64,000 nt of DNA from Schmidtea nova (lineage: Eukaryota), in contig CM097883.1 in assembly GCA_044892505.1 (NCBI GenBank), positions 258,478,001 to 258,542,000 of the forward strand. Reading direction: 5' to 3'. Below the pieces are notes generated by a model. The model was not told the origin of the DNA and searched no databases. It saw nothing but the letters and a program-made list of their open reading frames with translations. Positions 59,664 to 64,000 of this stretch are shown here, one piece after another (within the stretch, counting starts at the first letter, position 1; each line of letters starts with the position of its first letter). Position numbers and translations under genes: made by a program.

Positions 59664-61259
59664 AACTACCCAGCAGCCTCAAAACTTTATTGGCTTTTGG
59701 CATCTCGAAAAAAAATTTAATATAAACATAAATGAAGTAAAGCATTGTTAATTAATTTTTAACCTTTTATAAAAAAACTAACTGTATATAAAGCCCATCA
59801 AATGACGGTTTAATTTTTTTGAATTTATATAAAAATTAAATATGGGTGACGACTGACTAACAGGCAGAATTAAATTGTAGAAGATTTTTAGTATTAATAA
59901 ATTATAAGGTAAAGTAATAAAACTGTGAAGAACTTGACATTGCCTTTATCCTTTTTTGAAAACTCGTGAAATGTCCGATTTCTATAATTGTTGGATTTTA
60001 AGTGTATTTTGAAATATCGATTACAATTGTTTATTACGTCAAGTAAAAAGGTCAAAAGTGACATTTGTGCGTAGAAAAAAGTTTCAAAGTGTTAGTTTGA
60101 TTTTTGGATAGTAATTTTTTTTACTAATTTTATCTTACTATTTCTAAAGATAGCGATGTAGAATATCATGAACCGTAAAGAAGTTCATGTAGTTCCAACA
60201 CAAAGAAAAAAGTCTAATTTGTCAAAGAAAAAGGTTAAATAAATATGTACCATTACCAGCTAGAAGGACGTAAAAAAAGTAAATTCAAACAAGGATGGAT
60301 AAAAGATTAGAACTTAGACAAATTTAGTAAAGCTTCTTGATATATTTATTTATTAATTGTTGTCACTAGGGTTACCATAACCCACACACTTTCATGAAAG
60401 TGCTAAATAACCTCACTTGTGCACCCATAAACACTCTTTAGTAAATATATCGGTAATGAATACGGTGGTGGGAAATTCAATAAGTAGGTGAGCTTTGTTA
60501 CCAAAAATTGCTCCTCACTGAATCCTCTTTTTTGGGTTCCTAACTGCCTATAGAAATTCTTATGCAGAAGATTTCATTAACTTCCTAAGGTACTCTTAAT
60601 TTATGAACGCATAACTTTCTATAATATCGCTTAGGTCTAAATATAAATTGATATCTATCGTCTAAACCCATTTATTCTCCTCCCACTCACACAAGATTAC
60701 ATCTACCACCAAGAGCCTTCAAAAATTCGGCAGCGTTCCGTTTGTATTTCTCAATAAACATTTTCTACCCATTGATTTTATTTCCCACCCGACTAGGGGA
60801 TGGGTAAGTCCATAGAACCACTTCAGGAATGATCTGCATACTCGAGGAAAATTCCCAAAATTCCCGAGAGGCCTTTGAAGACTCGTCCATATTCAATTTA
60901 AATCATTTGAGTCAGAGCAATATCAAAATTATAAACAAAACAAAATGTCACTTCAAATATTTATTATAGTACAAATAAAACATTCCTAATGACTATTAGA
61001 CAATATACAAAAATAATTCTTTGTTCCTGTCAAAATTTCTTCACAAATGTTCCACTAGAGTCATTAAACTGATGTTGACTGGCAAGCGAGTGGTTAGCAA
61101 AAATAACAAGTTCACAAAAGTAGTAATATTAAATTAATTATTTTCAGCGTCGTATAGTAGGGGATAGTGAGGACACGGGGCCAAGCCATTTATCCCTAAA
61201 CTGTATATATTACGTAATAATTATACAGTTGCCTACCTCCCACCCCCACCCCCCCTAAA

Positions 61260-61870
61260 TTTTTTTTGTTTAAATGAAGTCAATTTAATTTTATTATTTT
61301 GTTTAAATGAAGTCTTTAATTTATTTTTATTTATTTTTATTTATTTTCAATTTATTTTTAATTTATTTTTATTAATTTATTTTTAATTTATTTTTAATAA
61401 TTTATTTGNNNNNNNNNNNNNNNNNNNNNNNNNNNNNNNNNNNNNNNNNNNNNNNNNNNNNNNNNNNNNNNNNNNNNNNNNNNNNNNNNNNNNNNNNNNN
61501 NNNNNNNNNNNNNNNNNNNNNNNNNNNNNNNNNNNNNNNNNNNNNNNNNNNNNNNNNTTAATTTATTTTTAATTTATTTTTAATAATTTATTTGTATTAA
61601 TTTATTTGTATTAATTTTTATTAATTAATTTTTATTAATTTATTTTTAATTTATTTTTAATAATTTATTTGTATTAATTTATTTGTATTAATTTATTTTT
61701 AATTTATTTTTATTAATTTATTTGTATTAATTTTTATTAATTTTTATTAATTTATTTTTAATTTATTTTTTAATAATTTATTTGTATTAATTTATTTTTA
61801 TTAATTTATTTGTATTAATTTATTTGTATTAATTTTTATTAATTTATTTTAATTATTTATTTTTATTTTT
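61260..61870. repeat. Low-complexity AT minisatellite (TTTATTTTTAA/TTTATTTGTATTAA) spanning a gap
   Basis: Directly visible. Confidence 0.85.
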
Positions 61871-62040
61871 ATTTTTTGATCTGGTTATTTTTGTAAAGGA
61901 TTTTTACTCTGGTAATTTTGTACATGATTTTCTACTCCGAGATTTTCTAGGGCAAAAATAGACTCTGGATTTTTTGTACAGGGAATTTTTATACATGAAA
62001 TTTTGGACTGGTATTTTTGTATAGGATTTTGGTCTGGTTA

Positions 62041-63050
62041 TTTTGAATAGGATTTTCAACTCCCATATTTTTCTCGGGCAAAAAGGGACTCTGGTAATTT
62101 TGAACTGAAATTTTAATGGTAAATAAAAACACGTGTAAATTTTTTAAACAAGTAAATTATCATTAAAGTATTTTGTATAGGATTTTCAACTCCCAGATAT
62201 TTTCTAGGGCAAAAAAGGGACTCTGGTAATTTTCAACTAAATTTTTTATGGTAAATAAAAACACGTGTAAATTTTTAAACTATTAAAATACATTGAAATT
62301 ATTTTGAATAGGATTTTCAACTCCCATATTTTTCTCGGGCAAAAAGGGACTCTGGTAATTTTGAACTGAAATTTTAATGGTAAATAAAAACACGTGTAAA
62401 TTTTTTAAACAAGTAAATTATCATTAAAGTATTTTGTATAGGATTTTCAACTCCCAGATATTTTCTAGGGCAAAAAAGGGACTCTGGTAATTTTCAACTA
62501 AATTTTTTATGGTAAATAAAAACACGTGTAAATTTTTAAACTATTAAAATACATTGAAATTATTTTGAATAGGATTTTCAACTCCCATATTTTTCTAGAG
62601 CAAAAATAGACTCTGATAATTTTGAACTGTAATTTTAATGGTAAATAAAAAACACGTGTAAATTTTTTAAACAAGTAAATTATCATTAAAGTATTTTGTA
62701 TAGGATTTTCAACTCCCAGATATTTTCTAGGGCAAAAAAGGGACTCTGGTAATTTTCAACTAAATTTTTTATGGTAAATAAAAACACGTGTAAATTTTTA
62801 AACTATTAAAATACATTGAAATTATTTTGAATAGGATTTTCAAATCCCATAATTTTCTAGAGCAAAAATGGACTCTGATAATTTTGAACTGCAATTTTAA
62901 TGGTAAATAAAAAACACGTGTAAATTTTTTAAACTAGTAAAATACATTGAAATTATTTTGAATAGGATTTTCAATTCCCAGATTTTTCTTCAGGCAAAAA
63001 TAGACTCTGGTAATTTTGAATATGATTTTTAGTCTGGTATTTTTGAAAAT
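62041..63050. repeat. Satellite of ~130/131-bp monomers with alternating A/B (261-bp) higher-order structure
   Basis: Monomer starts at 62041, 62171, 62302, 62432, 62563, 62694, 62825 and 62956, alternating TTTTGAATAGG/TTTTGTATAGG variants. Confidence 0.9.
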
Positions 63051-63059
63051 AATATTTTG

Positions 63060-64000
63060 GTCGGCGAAAATCAAAAAATTAAAAAGTGGTCAAAATTCAA
63101 TAATTTTTATACCAATCTACTGAGAATTGAATGGGGAACAAAAAAGGGTCAAAAAGTAAAAACATGAAATTTTGACTTTTCCGACCCAATTTTTACACGT
63201 AAAAAGGGTCAACTCGGGGAATTTCCAAAAAATCGAAAATGCTCAGAATCAAATAATTTTTATATCAATCTACTGAGAATTGAAAGACAAACAATAATGG
63301 TCAAAAATTAAAAAAAAAAAAAAACATCAAAAATTGATCTTTTCCGACACAATTTTTACACGTAAAAAGGGTCAACTCGGAGAATTTCCAAAAAATCAAA
63401 AATGCTCAGAATCAAATAATTTTTATACCAATCTACTGAGAATCGAATGGCGAACAAAAAAAGGTTCAAAAATTAAAAAACATGAAAAATTGATCTTTTC
63501 CGACCCAATTTTTACATGTAAAAAGGGTCAACTCGGGGAATTTCCAAAAATTAAAAAGTTGTCAGAATTCAATAATTTTTATACCAATCTACTGAGAATT
63601 GAATGGGGAACAAAAAAAAAGGTTCAAAAAGTAAAAACATGAAAATTTTGACTTTTCCGACCCAATTTTTACATGTAAAAATGGTCAACTCGGGGAAATT
63701 CCAAAAATCAAAAATGCTCAGAATCAAATAATTTTTATACCAATCTACTGAGAATCGAATGGCGAACAAAAAAGGGTCAAAAAGTAAAAACATGAAATTT
63801 TGACTTTTCCGACCCAATTTTTACACATAAAAAGGGTCAACTCGGGGAATTTCCAAAAATTAAAAAGTTGTCAGAATTCAATAATTTTTATACCAATCTA
63901 CTGAGAATTGAAAGGCAAACAATAATGGTCAAAAATTTAAAATCATGAAAAAATCAAAATTTTATACGTAAAATTACAGTCTCAGTAAAAAAGGGTAAAA
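63060..64000. repeat. Satellite of ~155-bp monomers (>=6 copies)
   Basis: CAATCTACTGAGAAT recurs at 63113, 63266, 63429, 63585, 63741 and 63894. Confidence 0.9.

Noticed and set aside
60360-60870. Possible copia pol C-terminal remnant (DIFTK)
   Set aside because: A single short motif only.
63334-63817. ORFs in the terminal satellite
   Set aside because: Products of the tandem repeat, not genes.

Overview
This is very AT-rich eukaryotic DNA, probably an invertebrate animal (inferred from 34-51 bp introns and a metazoan-type astacin gene), with several N-gaps. The left half (1-31 kb) is a nested stack of mobile elements. (i) Two head-to-head copies of a Ty3/gypsy gag region; one is split by a 1.8 kb segment carrying an ankyrin-repeat ORF and by a Penelope-like insertion. 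(ii) A decayed Polinton/Maverick (adintovirus-like) element, about 7.2-30.7 kb, with packaging ATPase, pX-like protein, integrase, penton, core protein, major capsid, adenain and protein-primed PolB. It also has a TBP-like gene and short spliceosomal introns. (iii) A BEL/Pao LTR retrotransposon inserted into that TBP-like gene. Its first ORF is an in-frame chimera: glutathione reductase fragment + mitochondrial HSP70 fragment + polyubiquitin tail + complete ubiquitin + Gag. This is the most striking feature. The right half holds one apparently intact five-exon astacin gene, DNA transposons (IS630/Tc1-like, pogo/Tigger, mariner, nested hAT>Ginger>mini-piggyBac), a short repeat family carrying a minimal hammerhead-ribozyme motif with a compensatory U3-A8 core, and two satellite arrays. 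All family assignments come from motif recognition by eye; no database searches were run.
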